Shown: piece by piece, positions 62,831-64,000 of the stretch
Position numbering within the stretch: the first letter of the stretch is position 1
Layout of the letters: each line of letters begins with the position of its first letter
Assembly (NCBI GenBank): GCA_963776275.1
Contig: CAVZMI010000023.1
Location: 160,001-224,000, forward strand
Length of the DNA stretch: 64,000 bases
From: Ignavibacteriota bacterium
GTDB taxonomy: Bacteria > Bacteroidota > Ignavibacteria > UBA10030 > CAVZMI01
Reading direction: 5' to 3'
Made by a program: the position numbers and the translations under genes
Notes under the pieces: generated by a model
Databases searched by the model: none
The model's input: only the letters and a program-made list of their open reading frames with translations
Told to the model about the DNA's origin: nothing

Positions 62831-62936
62831 GCATAACGTCCGCAACAAAAATGCCGTCCCGTTTGCCGCTATGATCGACCAATTCCGTTTGCGGCAAACG
62901 GGATGGTTCATTTTACATTTTTGTTGCTGATATTTT
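62831..62936 (-). repeat. attC-like site with intact R' core and a degenerate or interrupted R'' end
   Basis: Arms gcaacaaaaatg / catttttgttgc, inner stem cccgtttgccgc / gcggcaaacggg; GTTATGC core at 62837-62831. Confidence 0.7.
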
Positions 62937-63008
62937 CTAAAAGGTGCCCCTAAGAGTCAAGAGAAATGAGTATTATATAAGCGCAAACAAACACAACACT
63001 CATTCACT

Positions 63009-63038
63009 TGAGCCAAAGGCTCATCAGCCTACGGCTGA
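63009..63038. repeat. 30-bp double-hairpin mini-element, copy 1
   Basis: tgagcc-aaa-ggctca + tcagcc-tac-ggctga. Confidence 0.8.
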
Positions 63039-63055
63039 GACTCAAAGGAGGCCAT

Positions 63056-64000
63056 ATGTATTACACCGGAGTTGATCTTCATCGCCGTCTCATCGTTCTG
63101 TGCACAGTTGATGAGAGTGGAACAATAGTAGCGCGAGCTCGTATGCGAACAGAACCTGAAAAGATTATTGGCTATTTCTCTCAATGGGCCGCTCCGCAAA
63201 AGGCTGTTGTTGAATGTACAGGGAGTTGGTATTGGTTCTGTGATCTACTCCGCACAAACGGAATTAAAATTCTACTGGCTCACGCAAAATACCTCAAAGC
63301 TATATCATATGCAAAAGTGAAAACCGATGCAGTCGATGCGCAAACGTTGGCACAGTTATTACGCATGGGGTATATTCCCGAAGCTCACCAGCTTTCACCC
63401 GAATATCGTTCTATGCGTGATCTTCTCAGACAACGAATGGTGATGGAACATAAACGGACGAACATGATACAACGCATCGCAAGCATCCTGGCTCAGTTCA
63501 ACATCACCAGCTATCCCGTTGCCCCGTATCAATCTGGATTTGCTGATTTTCTTAACGAATGCCCCATACCGGCAGAATATCGAATGACACTATTGATGTA
63601 CCACCAGCAATGTCTCCAGGCAACCGAACACAGAAAACAGTTAGAAAAATACTTTAAAACGAAACTACGCCCCACACCGGTTGTTCAGCTCCTGATGTCC
63701 ATCCCCGGCATCGGAGATATCACCGGTTCAATCATTGCAATGGAAACAGGGGATATCAATCGCTTTGCTGATGCCAAGCATTATTGCTCGTACTGTCGAC
63801 TCGTACCCGGAGCAAAAGACTCAGGTGGTAAACATAGCCATCGTTCGGGCTCAAAAGATGGCAACCAGTATCTCAAGTATGCCTTCACCGAAGCTGCCAT
63901 CTCCGCCTGAGGCGGATGCGCCTCTGGCGCAAAAGCGATGATGTATTATCCCGAGATCAAGCACTTCGCGACTCAACTGGAACGACGATCTACAAAAAGA
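63056..64000 (+). mobile_element. IS110-family recombinase/transposase, interrupted by an in-frame 30-bp insertion carrying TGA; runs off the window
   Basis: RuvC-like GVDLH / VVECTG / KTDAVDA; C-terminal SIPGIG..GDINRF..DSGGK; SD ggagg before ATG 63056; frame resumes KAMMYYPEIK after the insertion. Confidence 0.92.
63902..63931. repeat. 30-bp double-hairpin mini-element, copy 2 (inside the IS110 ORF)
   Basis: tccgcc-tga-ggcgga + tgcgcc-tct-ggcgca, located exactly between codons ATC and AAA. Confidence 0.88.

Larger units (their letters stand above)
55368..62936 (-). mobile_element. Integron-type gene cassette array without integrase in the window (CALIN-like)
   Basis: Eight unrelated co-oriented genes of heterogeneous GC content separated by imperfect inverted repeats bounded by RYYYAAC/GTTRRRY-like cores. 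Confidence 0.7.

Noticed and set aside
63008-63055. N-terminal extension MSQRLISLRLRLKGGH of the IS110 protein
   Set aside because: It is the translated 30-bp repeat plus the SD; the likely start is ATG 63056.
63908-63910. Recoded UGA (Sec or readthrough) in the IS110 recombinase
   Set aside because: The TGA lies in the loop of an inserted 30-bp repeat, not at a conserved Cys position; insertional inactivation explains it.

Overview
A 64-kb bacterial window. It most likely comes from the Ignavibacteria/FCB lineage, inferred from the PorV-like gene, proteins with QNYPNPFN-type T9SS C-terminal domains and a GWxTD protein. Roughly 1-36 kb is housekeeping backbone: rpmE, rsmB, tdh-kbl, mrp-nifU, ftsE, pdxA, pepA, nrnA, korAB, rpsF-ssb-rpsR-rplI, tRNA-Gln-prs-rplY-pth, bioY, pgsA-pgpA-cinA-thpR-recA-recX and rpmB. 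It is interrupted by a lipoprotein with a Cys/His/Gly/Asn tandem repeat and by a REP-flanked Y1 (RAYT-like) transposase. Roughly 36-55 kb is accessory: glycosyltransferases, an RhlE-like helicase, a GH20, duplicated secreted proteins and two T9SS-sorted CotH kinases, the larger one divergent from an HlyD-like / VTC-domain / DUF4956 operon (candidate polyphosphate-fuelled extracellular phosphorylation system). Roughly 55-63 kb is a co-oriented run of small genes separated by attC-like inverted repeats (integron cassette array, no intI in the window). The window ends in an IS110 recombinase gene hit twice by a 30-bp double-hairpin mini-element, and a 15-bp half-unit of the same element sits in-frame inside a CotH gene. 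Many conserved genes carry short indel frameshifts that are probably sequencing or consensus errors. All family assignments come from motif recognition by eye; no database search was run.
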